Shown in pieces: positions 11,989 through 28,115 of a stretch of 64,000 bases of DNA; position 1 is the stretch's first letter, and each line of letters starts with the position of its first letter. Below the pieces are notes generated by a model. It searched no databases and was not told the DNA's origin. It saw only the letters and a program-made list of their open reading frames with translations. A program made the translations under genes and the position numbers. This stretch comes from Octopus vulgaris (Eukaryota). The DNA lies in contig OX597823.1 in assembly GCA_951406725.2 (NCBI GenBank), positions 97,092,001 to 97,156,000 on the forward strand, read 5' to 3'.

Positions 11989-14179
11989 GCTGTGTTTACA
12001 TAGATCCTGCCATTTTGGATAGGTGGCGAGCTGGCAGAATCGTTAGCACACCGGGCGAAATGCGTAGCTGTATTTCGTCTGTCGTTACGTTCTGAGTTCA
12101 AATTCCGCCGAGGTCGACTTTGCCTTTCATCCTTTCGGGGTCGATAAATTAGGTACCAGTTTTGCACTGGGGTCGATATAATCGACTTAATCCATTTGTC
12201 TGTCCTTGTTTGTCCTCTCTGTGTTTAGCCCCTTGTGGGTAGTAAAGAAATAGGATAGTCCAATGCCTGTGCTAGTATTCTTCTGAAGAAAGGCCTTCAC
12301 ATGCAAATTATAAAGAGTTCTTAAAACTTTCTGCATTGTTAGGAGCTCTCCTCATTTCATTTCTTATTCTACTTTGGTAATACAATGCTTTGAACAAACT
12401 ACAATACTCTTTTTGCATAAACAGGTCGATTATCTACAAGACAGAAAAATGAATTATTTGGTGAGGCTGGGAGAATTAAGAATCTATTTTGGGTAATGGA
12501 AACAATACACACACACATTAACTTCTGAAGACATCCAAGGACCAAATGGTTGTGTTAAACTAGCTGTTGTGTTGTGCATGTGTATAGATATATCTATGCA
12601 ATAGTCATTTCATTGATGGTGTCTTTTTTTCTTCATTTTAGCCATTGAAGGCCATGCTTGAATTGACTCCCTGTATATTACTAGTATTGATATTAATGAG
12701 ATGTGTGAAGGTGCAAGGCTTAGTGGTTAAGCTATTGCACTCAGGATCACTAGACCATGGGTTCAATTCCCAGATCAGACGGTGCGTTCTGTTCTTGAAA
12801 ACACTTCATTTCACATTTCTCCAGTCCCTATTTTGAATATTGGTGTGTGTGTGGAAAAGAGTAAAAGAGGGAACAGAAAGCAGTAATGGGCCAAGTAAAG
12901 AAGGACAGCAATGAATGTGTAGCACAGAGAATAAAACATTAGAAGGCAGAAAAACTGAAGAGTAAAAGAGCCATGAAGAAGTAAGGCTGTTTTGGCATGT
13001 TGGGAGTAGTGTTTGGGGAATTTTGGGAAGCATGGGATTTTTAAAGGATTTAGAGTGGTAACAGCTGATGCTGATAGTTTATTCAAGGCTTCGACAATTC
13101 TGGGTGGGGAAAAAAATGTTTCCGAAATCATGTGCGCGCGTGAATCACAGAGAATATGTGTATGTTTATAGGAAAGAAAGGGTCAGATATTGAATGTGTG
13201 TGTGTAGCGTAGATGGAAACAGGGGAGATAATCCAGAAATTTCAGTAGTACAGCGTCGTGGTAAAGTCCTCGGTGCTTTCATGTGTGTGTTTGGGTTCTC
13301 AAACTCATTCAATGATAAAGTTAATTAATTAACTGTATTTTATACAATCTTCAATGAAAGAGTAACAATTTTTAAAAAATCCACCAGAAAAATCAATAAA
13401 TACATAAAAGGTATTACGAGCAGTATGATATCAAGCTGCAAAATGAGTTGAAGTTTTGTAATAAAACTTGAGTGAAAACATCCTGCCTCTACAATGCAAA
13501 GAAATTTTTCCCATATCAGAAAGATATGTGCATCAATAAAGGACACGAAAGCTAAGGCGGCCTTTGCAGGACAAAAAATCCTTTTTATCATCTTCAATTA
13601 CACTTCTGTAGTAAGGGAAGTAATTATTAATGTTTACTGCAGAGTGCTCTGCTCTTACATTAATATCTATTTCTTTACTATATATATGTATATATATATA
13701 TTAATATCGACATCTTCATGCTATTGATGTAAAAAATATTGCCTTCATCCTACCGTCTTTTTATTCCCTTCATCCCAAGGTGCAATGTGTGTGTCAGCCA
13801 CGTAGCCAACCGATTGCAACTGGGGGTGCTGGACAGGGGTACGGACAAACGCTCCTACTTAAAGTGTGAAAGTGGACAAAAGCCCTCGGTTATTTTATTT
13901 TATTAAAAAAAAAATTTTGTTCACATTTCTTGACGCCTGACCTGGTCAAAACTTCTGATATATTTCGTTTTTATTTTCATTTTACTTGTTGCAATAATCA
14001 AATTGAGGCCATGCTGGGGCATCACCTCGAAGAATTTTTAGTCGAATGTATCGATTCCAGTATTTTTAAAAATGATTTTCAACAAGCACATAGTTAAGCC
14101 TAAAAGTTAAGCCTAGAGATAACAGCCAAATCTTTAAACATTATTTTTATATAATTTCAAATAAACATCGACCACGAGG

Positions 14180-14960
14180 CTGACAGTGTGTCTTCTTAAC
14201 AATTCGATGGTTTCGTTTTGCATTGCTTCTGAGGTGTAGGTCGCATTTTTTGGAATCGTGCTGTAACATTACATTAGCTTTGAGTCTTTCTCTAATGTGT
14301 ACTGGAATAATTTCATTAAAAAAACCCACAAGGCTACGTATCATCTTCCGAATAAAGATCCTGAAAAGCTTCATTTTCGTTTCCTCGAAAAGGCAATTCG
14401 TTTGCACAAAGAAAATGGACAATATCAACCATTGAACTGATTTAATAACGGTTTTTGCTCAACTGATCATTTTGCAAGATTGAAGTCACGGATGTTGTTG
14501 TGGATAAACGCTGTTGGCGTTCCTTCCATGTTACCATAGCTTGGATATGGGATGCAGAGTTTGCGTGCTTATTTAAACCTTAGATTTTTTTCTTTTGAAT
14601 GATGCCAATTAGAATATCCATTTTTAATAAAACAAGTATCAGCTCGAGCAGAAGTATCAAAGTGCCGACAAGCAAAACAAAACAAGGCTTTCTTTGAAGG
14701 AGAATACTTTAACCATAAACGACCAATATACCAGCTTGACGAGAAGTCACGTCTCTGATTTCTATAAATTTTTAGATCAAACTTTGTTAAAACTGGCTGC
14801 CCTGGTTGGCAGTCGACATGTCCTAGATCATCCAATGACGGTGTCAAAGACTTTGCAAGATCTCCCTTGAGCTGCGAAACTTCGTTTGCAATTCTCTTCT
14901 GCTTAGCATTATTAGATGAATCAGATTGGAAATTCAGCAATGATTGCTTCAGTTTTCTTT
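14180..14960 (-). pseudogene. hAT transposase remnant (TTF zinc finger plus DUF4371, ZMYM1-like)
   Basis: RDFSSSWY...WLKYSPSKKALFCFACRHF...NGYSNW, then after a frameshift KHANSASHIQAMVTW...LCANELPFRGNE and NATYTSEAMQNETIELL. Contains stops and frameshifts. Confidence 0.85.
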
Positions 14961-17900
14961 TTCGGTAGTGATTCATTATTTTTGGGCACTGATTTTCGCA
15001 ATAATTAATTCTAAGGTAGAATATCATAGTAAGAGTAACGATTTCTTGAAATTTATATATTTTTAAATTAAACTCGAAAGAAATTTTGGTTCAAGCAACT
15101 TTTTTTTTCCAATTTCTTCAAAGTCATGCTTTTTTTTTAGTTAAACACAAAATAATTTCAGCATAAACTTTGTTCAAAGAGTAAGAAAAAGTTATTCAGT
15201 GAAAGTTCTCACCTGAAAAATACTTTCTGAATGTATATTTTGGGAATTTTCAAAACTTTTCTTTCTTTTTTCGCGAATAATAATAATCCTCTCTTACCAG
15301 TAGAAATAAAATGACTTTTTAATGCCCGTAGATATACATGTGTAGGGATGCGCTTACTACCATAAATCTCTAACTATAGCAACAATTCTTCACATGCTTT
15401 TCAACAGCAACAAGGACAACCGCCATCGCCACCACGAGCACCACAACCACAACAACAACAATAACAACAACTGACCCAGCATCACCCCTCTTTAATTCAA
15501 CCCACAGTTGATGACCGGGTCGGCAGCTAATTATTCTGCAACAACAATTACAGCTACAACAAACACTCTGACCAGCTCTAATTTACCAATATTTTCATAT
15601 TAATAACTACTAAATCAAAAGAAATTCAATTTATTGCATCTTTAGCGACTTCAGATATTGCTTATGAGAAACAGTGGATAAAGCAAATTCTCATACTGGG
15701 GTGGAGAGGCTGAGATTCTAAACTGCTTAGCGGGTATTTCGTCTGCCGTTACGTTCTGAGTTCAATTTCCGTTGAGGTCGACTTTGCCTTTCATCCTTTC
15801 GGAGTCGATAAATTAAGTACCAGTTATGCAATAGGGTCAATGTAATCGACTTAATCTCTTTGTCTGTCCTTGTTTGTCCCCTTGTGGGCAATAAAGAAAT
15901 AAGAATGTTTCATGATGAAGTTTTGCTCCAGTAAAGTTAACTGGAGTTAATTAAATAATTTTAACTGACTCTTCTCTCCTTTCTTCTTCTTCTTCTTCTT
16001 CTTCTTCTTCTTCTTCTTCTTCTTCTTCTTCTTCTTCTTCACCACCACCACCACCACCACCCTCCTCCTCCTTCTCTTCGCTGAAGTTAATTAAGTAATT
16101 TTAACTGGCTCTTCTCTCCTCCTCCTCCTTCTTCACCACCACCACCATCACCCCCTCCTCCTCTTCCGCCTCCTCGTTGTTGTATATATGATAACAGTTT
16201 GGTGTAGTTAACCTCGGTTTCACACCAGTTAACGAATAGATCAGATTTCAGATTCACCCCCCCACTCGCTTCCTCCTGAACCCTAACCAATAAACAACTA
16301 ACTGAAACCAGTTCTCTCCGAGCCAAGCTAGGAAACATCCAGTGAAGCGAACACGGTATTACCCATAGGAGGAATTTACAGCCTGAGTGACAACTCATAG
16401 TAGTCGCGGACGTTAAATAGTAATCGATGGGGTTAGCCGTAATCTGGAACATAACTGAGAGCTACCACGGTATCCGCCCGGATAATATATTCCTTTAAAA
16501 CGCTCACACTCACACATACACGCACACACACATACACACACGCACATACACACGTAAATACACATGCACATACACATATACACACGCGTGCTCACATACA
16601 CACACATACACACATGGATCAAATGAAATTTAAGTTTATTATGAATCTTTAAAAAAAATTTATCAAGAAGTCGGAAATAAATATTACATTTGATTAAATT
16701 TAATCAATAAATTGATTAAATTCGGGTGAGATTCTGGTGCCTCAGGAACATGAATTTATGTAAATATATACAGAACTGCGGGTTTCTACCATTATTAGAA
16801 TCAATATCGATAAAAGTAAATATTTATGATAATGTAAATATTGCAGCTAAAGGAAAATTACTCTTAAATATTTGAATTGGAAATTAACAAAAGAACCAGA
16901 AATTTGGAAGCTTCTAATCCTGTTTTGATATCGCTCTGAAACCAGATGAGAGAGTGTTGCAACATACATAATAAGCAATTTTCATTTGTTTACTTTATGC
17001 ACATTGCAAGGCAGTGTCTTCCACGTCCATAGAGGCACATGCTTGTGATACACGTGACACACATGTGACAAAAATACGTGATGTACGTGCTAGTATCGAT
17101 GTACAACGAAACACAAGGTACAGAATATAACATATGGTAACACACACAAAAAATAGAGTCCTTTTGGAAGCAGAGATATCTGCTCAACGATTCCAAGTCA
17201 CGATATCTAGATGTGAACAGCCATCAGCGAGACCAGGACTTCCGAAACGCATCTGTTCGTCTTCGGTCTGAGCGACAAAAGGTTTACGCTTCTTTCTGGT
17301 CGACCCAGATCGTGTATTGTGGACGCAGTTAAACGATTTGAGGACAACGCTTTTCTATTCTGATCAACTTCTTCATGTATCATTTGAAGAGGAGGACTAG
17401 AGTGGAGAGGAAGGCGTTGCCGTTCCCCGCCCCCACCGCAATAGATTTTAACGAAAGATGAGTTGCAGCAGCGAGATTGGCATGTCGTATTGGATCTACT
17501 GTAATTATAAGATTATGAAGAGGCAGTGTAAAACTGTAGATTGATAGAATGGATGGAGAACCAAAGAACATACCTTTACCAATCTTGACTTTGATAAAAG
17601 ACGATAATAAAGGCTTCAAATCAATCTCATTTTTACAAATGGTGGGTATGTACTTTAAAGAGTTCGTGGGAAAGAAAAACAAAGTTATATTCGATGGGAT
17701 TTGGAAATAGACAGTACAAAGGTCTAACGAAATGTATCTAGTCTCGTTTATCACGAGGGTTTAGTTCTAAAACACCACCGAACTGAATGAGTCATTGATA
17801 AATGAATAAGGGAAAACATGGAGTAAAAAAATAGGTTTCGTTCCGAGACGCCAAGTTGTCCTCTAATTTAACCAAGTAATATCTCTAAATAAATTTTAAA

Positions 17901-18540
17901 TACATATAATGACATTGTTTAATGGCCGGAATAATATTCTGAGTAAAATTTAATAACAAATGAACAGTAAATTATGTAAAAAAAGAGTAACTGGGAAATA
18001 TCATCGCCAACTTTGTGTTATTAAAGATTAGTTCGTGATGAGTGTAACGTGGTTCACAATTGAGCGTACCGTATTATCCAGATCAGCGATGAATGGATCA
18101 GGGATGTACTGCACAAGGCGTTAATTGTAGAAATTGACCCGAAATTTAGTAGTACATCCTGCCAACAGTTAGATTTATATGAACAGAGAAGAAGGTTAAA
18201 GAAGAAAAACAAAAATCTCAATAGAAGAATCTGGAATGTGAAAATACACTTTTTTTCTTTTTTCGGAATGTCGTTTCCTTTTTCAATTTTTTTCGTGGGA
18301 ATTTCATCAAAAGTCCTTTGTATTCCACAGCCCTTCACCACCACTAATTCAGCGAGAACAAACGATCCTAGATGTATAATAACTTCACTGGAGACTCTGT
18401 TATTTCAAAGATACACCAAGAATTACAATACGTAGACATTGCAAAATAGTTCTGCTCCAGAAAATATTTTTTAAAAATGAACGCCGAAGGAGATGACACG
18501 CGGTATATATGCTCCTTGGTATTATTATTATTATTTATCA

Positions 18541-18613
<73 letters not shown>

Positions 18614-18795
18614 GGCGGCGAGTTGGCAGAATCGTTAGCACACCGGGCGAAATGTTTAACGGCATTTCACCCGTCCTCATGTTCTGAGTCCAAATTCCAC
18701 CGCAGTTGACTTTGCCTTTCGGGGTTGATAATATAAATACCAGTTGATCACTGGGGTCCATCATCATCATCATCATCACCACTGCCACCACCACC

Positions 18796-18847
<52 letters not shown>

Positions 18848-18852
18848 CCACC

Positions 18853-18898
<46 letters not shown>

Positions 18899-18943
18899 CC
18901 ACCATCACCACCATCACCACCACCACCACCACCACCACCATCC

Positions 18944-18988
<45 letters not shown>

Positions 18989-19298
18989 GATGTGTTTATA
19001 TAACATTTAGTGTTTTGTCTTTATTTTCTGAAATAGTAAACCCATTGTTTGTTTTATACATTAAAGAAGGGGAAAACCCTGAAAAAACTATCCTCCCTCA
19101 ATGTTAACATTACGTTTTCATGCATGTATAGCTATACAAATACATACATACATACATACATACAGGCTGACATACATACATACATACATACGTACATACA
19201 TACATACATACATACATACATACATACACACATTCATTCATTCATTAATATATACATGCACACATGCTTACATACACAGACATATTAATATCATTACA

Positions 19299-19414
<116 letters not shown>

Positions 19415-20479
19415 CATCCATCTATCTATCTGGGCCAATTTGCATATTTGTGCTTTAGAACACTCCACATTAATTAAACAACATCTATTTTATGCACAGC
19501 GTAGCGTAATTTGAGGTATATTTGAATAATCGATGACTTAACATAAATTTGAATATTCGAAAACCTTTTGGTCGGTGTGATAATAATGAAAACAGTTCTT
19601 TCTCTGATATTCATTTGCAGAAAAACGACGGATTGAGAAAGGAAGCTGAGTACATCTTCTCTGAGGAGCGGTAAACAAACTCTGAAACAGTTCGTTGGGA
19701 GACGCCTTCTCCCCACTTTTTTTTTTTTTTGCTTACATCGGTCGTTTAGAATTAATGTGTTTACATTCTTATTTAAGTCACATTGAGGCGTTGTGATATT
19801 AAAATTTATTTCAAATCAATGGGTTTTTCTTAGCATTCTATGGACGAGCCGACTTATGTACCACTGAGTAATCATTCAACTTCCGAGAAATTCCATATTT
19901 TCTGTCATACAAATCGAAGTTTTTAGACCAAAATTTACAGCCAAAAACGCTAAGTCAACTTATACGTCAAGACGACTTAGCAGCAAGATTTTAAAAAGAT
20001 TGTGACAAAGTTTGAATGTCTATCTTACATCTTTACACTATATACTAACATCGACTTGTAGAAGTGAAACCACCCTCAAACATTAACCAACCGGTTTTTT
20101 AAAACAGGAAAGTATACGTCAGATAATATAATCCTACTTATTCATATGAGACGAGGTGGTCCCGGCAAGAATGGCTTTGATCTTAAGTCTGTTCTATCAG
20201 AGTCGACCGAAAACAAACCAATAACCACCAGCATCTTATGGTATAGATTTCAGTCTATAGGGCCAAAGCAAGTTAGTTATATCACGCTGTTTAGCCCCAG
20301 GCCTTCTCTGATACCCCAGACCTACGATCAAAGACATTCCAGTCATGACCACCGTCGTTTCTTCTCTCAAAACGCAGAATATATTGAATTAAATGTGTAT
20401 ATCTTATATGTCATTGTTTTATGTCAGTAAGGAGTAATTTGAGGGCGGCTATTTTTAGGTGTTTTTTTTCTTCTTCCAT

Positions 20480-21007
20480 TTAGTCCCAGTTCATTGGACG
20501 CAAACTTGGCAAACACGCTCTCATACCCGAATCCTCAGTGGTAATGGACTGAACTGAACCGTAGCTCATCTGCACACCCACTGATAACCTACGGATGGTG
20601 ATTCGACGATTTCCCCTCACAGCTGCAATATTTTTCTCACTTCTGCTGGTTCCAGGTCTTCCAGAATGTTCGTCAATATCGACATTTTTTCGGCCATCTA
20701 GGAAACGTCTGAACCACTCTTGTACTTGTGTGCGGCTCATACACTCCTCTCCATCCACTTTCTGCAACATTGCACAGGCCTCTGAGCAGGTATCGCCACG
20801 ACACCTTTCTCTGTCATGGTCAATGCGACGATTACACGCTACCCACCTTCCTTCCAAGCACTGCTGTAAACAGCAGAAGTGAGATAAAATGTTAAAACTT
20901 AGTGCGCATGCACAGCAGAGTTCAAGGTCAATCTTTGCGCGGCTTCACTCTGCGTGCGTTAGCTCTGCTACTAATGGCAATAGTCCGGATACTTATGGAT
21001 CAGACCT
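20480..21007 (-). mobile_element. Mariner transposon 5' fragment (HTH region)
   Basis: MLQKVDGEECMSRTQVQEWFRRFLDGRKNVDIDEHSGRP...NRRITIRRLS matches the mariner N-terminal HTH pattern. A TIR-like end ccggatacttatggatcagacct lies near 21000. Confidence 0.8.
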
Positions 21008-21214
21008 TGTGTGTATGTGTGTGTATATATATATAATATATATATATAATATATATATATATATATCATCATCATTATCGTTTAACGTCCGTTCTCCATG
21101 CTAGCATGGGTTGGACGGTTCGACCGGGGTTCTAGGCTGCACCAGGCTCCGGTCTTATCTGGCAATGTTTCTACAGCTGGATGCCCTTCCTAACGCATTA
21201 TATATACATTATAC

Positions 21215-21307
<93 letters not shown>

Positions 21308-22039
21308 CATATAATATATATGTATATAATTAACGACTTTAGAAAATCCATCTTTATGTTTAAACGTCTCGAAAAACGAGTTGTCCGTAATTTCGTTGCA
21401 CATGAATATGATTAATAAAACAGCAGGAGCGATGATTTGCTTTCAAGCCTGTCGTTTAATGTCTGTGAAGAAAAAAAAAACTCTTTTCAGTCAGTGCAAA
21501 CAAACGTTACGATTTAATGAGCTAATGATGAAGCCTCTACGCAGTCGCTCGCCCAGTTAGAAGTAGCGACTAAATCTCTCTCAAATCACGCTATCGTCTT
21601 AAAAATAGTTTTCTTTATTCTCATATTATTGTGTATGGAGACCGACTGTAATTCATTTCGATTATTTCTTCTATATCTTCCGGTATCGTCTGCAATTCTA
21701 AGATACCCATTGCTTCTTCATATTTTACAAACTTTTAATTTTTATTTGCCAACTTAAGACAGAACAAGCACAGATTCATACGCACACTTTTACACCTACA
21801 CACATACTCACACACATAATACATGCAGACACACACACACCACGCGCGCGTGCACATAAGAACGTTTACCACAACAGTTACACAAACACGAAAAGATGCT
21901 CACACAAAGCCAGTCACTGCTTAGCAACATGTGAGCAAGATTTAACTTTTGCAAGAGTTGTATATAATAATCATACGGCAAAGTTACTGAGGTGTAATGA
22001 TATTGTTCGGAGATTGAAATAATGTAAAAATTCAACAAC

Positions 22040-22560
22040 AATAATTTCTTTGTATTTCCCACAGGGGTATCACATAAGAGTAACGTTACAAGGACAGTTT
22101 ATGTCGGGGTTTACACAAACTGAAGAGGTTAAGAAAGGGAGATTATCGTGAAATGAGATAAAAAGTATACTTAGTATATAAAATAAGTCAATACATCTAT
22201 GGCTGCAGTCCTCTTGATAGATGTGAGTCTCCAACCAGGTCCAATCGAGAAACGTCACAGATCTAAAACCACTTCGACAATCAAGGGTGCAAGCCCTCGT
22301 TCAATTGTTTTTCTTCAATATACAGGCGCGTGTTTAAAGTAGTTCCATTCACCCAAAGCATTTTTGCAAGTCAGCCATGTTTTGACAAATTCGCTGAGGA
22401 TGAGCACTTGCCGTTCAATCGTCACTTTCGTCTCCAAGAGGAACTTGTAAAAGTCGGTGTGGGCTTGGCCGAAGAGCAAAATGTCTGTCCTCAATTCCTT
22501 CAGCCTCGTCCACCACACAACCTCTTTCGCCATAGTCACTGAATACAAGAACACTGCTGG
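22040..22560 (-). mobile_element. L1/Tx1-like LINE 3' fragment, related to 40930-42292
   Basis: TMAKEVVWWTRLKEL...DFYKFLLETKVTIERQVL aligns with VMAK*CIWWTRLKGL...NFFKYHLKRKVRVERQVL at about 41790-41925. Ends in a cccctgtgggaaatacaaagaaatt tail. Confidence 0.8.
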
Positions 22561-25500
22561 TCACATCCCATAGTAAAATGATACGAAGCAGTGAGCGTAC
22601 CATTGGAGAGTTGAAAGAGAGTATAATTTTCTACCTTTTATCTTGTACTCGTTTCAGCAATTGGACTGCGGCCATGCTGGTGCAACGCCTTGAAAGGTTT
22701 TAGTCGAACAGATCGACCCTAGTATTAATTTTTTTTTTAAAGTCTGGTATTTATTTTATTGGAATGTTTTGCGGGTTGTCAAGCCGGGGACAAACACAAG
22801 CACAAAGAGACATGCACAAACACACATATACATTGTCATAGGACTTTTTAAACCCAGTGTTTACTCGCTATTATTCATAACTTTATTTACTTCGAGTTCC
22901 ATCGTTAAAAAACGAATAACACACACACACGCATATAGACACACACAACACACACACATATGTATATACGGGCTTCCGTCTTCCAAATTCCATTGACCGT
23001 CCCTGGGCTATAGTAGTAGATACTTGCCCAAGGTGTCACGCAGTGAGACTGAACCCGAAGCCACTCAGTTGCAAAGCGAGTTTCTTAACCACGCTGCCAC
23101 GTTTGCGCCTTTTTTTACTTTTTTTCTAAATTTCTAACTTCAAAACGCTTTTAAAAAATCCCAACTTTTCCATGTGAACAACACTAATAACTGTTTTGCT
23201 TTTCTTCTAGTCTATTTCTACTCGAGTAGGCCATGGTGTCAAAATGATTGAGAACGACTGCGATAGGGTGTGGAACCTTATTAACACAGACATCTGTCAT
23301 TGCAGACAACAACGTCTTTGGCGAAAATATTCCAACAAAAAATATAGACCAAACATATTACGTACTACTTAAGTGTGAAATATGTAGATTATTAGTAATT
23401 ATTGGAGAATAAATAATGATATAAATGTCTTCGTTTTTTGTTTATAATATTTAAAAGTGATTTACTAAAGGAGGAAAGGCGTTTCGGGCTAGAGACGGGA
23501 GAGAGTTTCTTCGTTAAAATTTTGGCATCGACACATGTTTTTGTGTATGTACGTGCGTATGTATGTATATATGCATGCATGCATGTGTGCGTGTATGTAT
23601 GTATGTATGTATGTATGTATGTATGTATGTATGTATGTATGTATGTATGTATGTATGTGTGTGTGTGTGTTCATACATACACATGTATGAATGTGTAGTG
23701 ACGTTATACAACAGTGCGCGCGCGCAACGTCATTTTCAGTGTGCGTGTGCGGAACGTCCTTCTTCAGTGTGCGTGTGCGGGGTTGGAGCCTTCTGGAAAG
23801 GCAGAAGGGAAGTGCCCTCTCGGACATGCGCGAAGACTGAAGAAGGAATTGCTGATGTGGCATTAGCTGATAGGCGATGGACAGGTTCCCTTAACAAGGG
23901 CACAGAGAGACACGATAGTAGTAGAACGCCTTGATACGAGATTGTTGCAGACCTATTTTCTCCGCTGTCTCTGGACGCTAAGATTTGACCTGCTTTGTTT
24001 TGCTGCTGAACTTGTTGTAAGATTCTTACAAGTGTTAAAGTTCAGCCTTGCCACACCAGAACCAAGTGGATACCAATATACCACCTTACTTCTTTCTGTG
24101 AATAAGAAATAAAGAATATATATATTTTTAAGGTTGCGTTCGTGTTCCTTGACTGGTAGATTCTGGAAATTAAAGAACGGAAATTGTGTTGCACCTGAGT
24201 TGCACCCCAAAAGTGTAAGAAGCAACGAGTTCCCGTTACAAATGTATGAACGTGTGTATGTGTGTACTTATGTATGAATGTGTGCGTTCGTGTGTATGTA
24301 TGCATACATAACGTTTCCTAAGGATAGCATTGTAAATTATTTGATCAACTGCCTTGCGCCATTTCTTTCGGCTTTATGTTCTGAGTTCAGATTTCTTTCG
24401 AGGTCGATACAACAAGTTCCAGTTGAGCACCGTGTCGATGCGCTCGACTAGTCCCTCCCCACAAAATGTCGGGCAAAATGCTGGGCCTATAGAAGTACCC
24501 TTGTGCTTTTGTGATATAGAGTATTTCTTTCCAGGTCTTTGACGAGGTACGCTACTTCTGCAACTATGGTCTTGATGGGAGGTCATCGGAGAGGAGAGAT
24601 CTTGAGAAGTTCACTACTCACTCGTAGGATGTTATTTATTTTATTTGCGGTCGAGCAGTTGATCGGTGCTTTTACTTACCTCATTTTATCAAGAGGAAAG
24701 ACAGTGCCCCATGACCAGTTGGAGGGCTTCTCAGACTGGTAGGAGGGAAGGAGTGGGAGAAAGGTATTCTCTGGCTGGTTGCCTGGCTCGAATGTCTGCA
24801 TCAGATTAAAATCTGCTAAAGGTACCCAAGGTGTTGGGGATGTGGTATTAAATCACGTGACACGACTAAGTCCACCACCGAAATAGGCTATGGCAGGATT
24901 TGAACTCAGAACTGGAAAAGCCGAAACAAATACCGCAAAGCATCCGCTCTGACGTTCTTATAATTCCTCAAATCCATTGGTATGTTTGTATCGACCCCAA
25001 AACAACGAAAGGCACAGCAGACTTTGGCGAGATTTGAACTCATGAGGACGGAAAGACCGTGCAAATACCAGGCAGTACTCTGCCTGACGCTCAAACGACT
25101 TTGCCATGTCGCTCCCTGTTCGTTCGTTTGATGCTGTCTCAGTCATTTCATACGACACTCGAAGACTACCTGCACTTAACCGAAGCTTCTTCCTTTCATT
25201 TTACTTCAAAGATAGAACCTGTCAGCATGTTGTTCATGCCAGGTTCTTTAATATACAGGGAACAGTTTTCCTCCACAGATCAGATATCTCAAATGTTGGT
25301 ACAGTACAGATATATTGCTAATGCATTGTGGGATATTACTTCGTAAGCGGAAAACTCCGGCTGTCATATTTTTCAATATCTGATGTAATATTTTTTTTGT
25401 TTCTTGTGATTCAATAAAATTTTAATAATTTGTAATGACTAAAAATGAAAGGAAGTTGATGTAAACGCATCTTACACATTGACGTGCTTGGTTGTTGAGT

Positions 25501-26222
25501 ATTAGAATTTAGTTTCGTACATAATTGTCCAGTCACTAATTTTGATTCTAAAACGAAAGGAAAAATAGAGGTATCTTCTTTAGTTATTCAATCTTAAGAC
25601 ACAACGTCTTTCTATGATATATTTTCGTTCGTTGAGTGGAAAAGGAGAGGGAGGGAGGGTGGGTTGGGAGAGAGAGAGAGACTTGATACAAAGGTTTTAG
25701 AATTGGGAAGCGGGTTTTCCGTGTTTAACTGTTAAATATGAACATTTTCTTTGGCGAAATTCCATTTCGACACCAGCAGAAAGTGTTATAAATGTTACTA
25801 GAACAGCTGTTTCTCAACATTCTAAATATTTGCAGAGTAGATTTTTAAATCGTTCGCAAAGAAATTATGGGCTACGTAGTATGTACGTACGTACGTGTGT
25901 ATGTATGTATGTATGTATGTATGTATGTATGTATGTATGTATGTATGTATGTATGTATGTATGTATGTATGTATGTATGTATGTATGTATGTATGTATGT
26001 ATGTATGTATGTATGTATGTGTGTATGTATGTATGTATGTATATATGCATGTATGTATGTATGGATGTGTGTGTATGTATGTGTGTATGTATGTATGTAT
26101 GTATGTATGTATGTATGTATGCATGTATGTATTATGTGTGCATGCATCTTGTATACTTGTGTACATGTATGACAACACATGCACACGCACACGCACACAT
26201 ACACATTTACACACACATATAT

Positions 26223-27176
<954 letters not shown>

Positions 27177-27906
27177 TATATGTGTAAACAGAGTTAGCGG
27201 TTATAGTAACCGACTAAGGGATAAGATATCTTTGCAGACTATCGGTATCCGTTAGCTGTGTTATCCCCGGGCAATGGTATGCAGGCACATCATACATGTA
27301 GAGTGCAGATAACAACAGGATAAACAAGAGCTTATCAGGAACCAATGCAAATAATTAGAAAACCACAGATTAACCAACACATCGATTGGACCACATTTGT
27401 AGCTTATCTTTTAATACAAAGTATGACATAACAAAACAGGTGACGCAACATATCTTACGGCCGTTACTGATCGGATTGCCAGAATGCAGTCTATCTATAA
27501 ACGCGAGAATAAAATTCTTCATCTTCTTAGGGTATTCGAATTAAAGCAACAGATCTTCATCTGAGTAAAAAAAAACAGGAGCATACAATATAAACAAAGG
27601 GAAGAAGGAAAAGGAAAGAAAACATGGCTTAGACAAATATTCTAGAAGTCCAATGTGTTAAGAGCAAATAATTATTTACCATAAGGGTTACAGGGTCGGG
27701 AGGTAAAAGAGTAAGCTAGTAAACGTCTAGGGAATACTACAATTTATTAACGGGTAGGTGCAATTTGAAGGTGGGATGGGGTCATGATGTTTAAAAAAGA
27801 AGTTATCAAGAAACTAATATAAGGAAAATATTAAATTGATTATCTCGTCGGTAAATCATAAATCCGAAAAAGAAGCGCACTCTAAGTTATTGAGCAGTAT
27901 AGTATG

Positions 27907-28115
27907 AAGATAGATAATGCCAGGTTTACCCTGGGATTCATCCCATAAAGCGCTTAGCTTTACAGTATATCATCAGACCCCAAAACCTGTTGGGACATGG
28001 CCACTTGCTACAGAGGCCATGTGCCAACAAGCTTTGGGGTCCGATGATACGCTGTGAAGCTAAGCGCTTTATGGGTGTGAAACCCGGGGTAACCCCATAG
28101 ACCGGCCTTATCTAT

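Noticed and set aside
16087-18180. GC-richer unique patches with short ORFs or possible exons
   Set aside because: No recognisable protein motif, no consistent splice-phase chain and in-frame stops.
19621-19670. Possible plus-strand exon KNDGLRKEAEYIFSEER
   Set aside because: Reasonable acceptor but weak donor (gtaaac), with no partner exons or homology evident.
22315-22603. Three overlapping ORFs suggesting a host exon
   Set aside because: The minus frame matches the C-terminus of the L1/Tx1-like LINE at about 41800, so it is transposon-derived.
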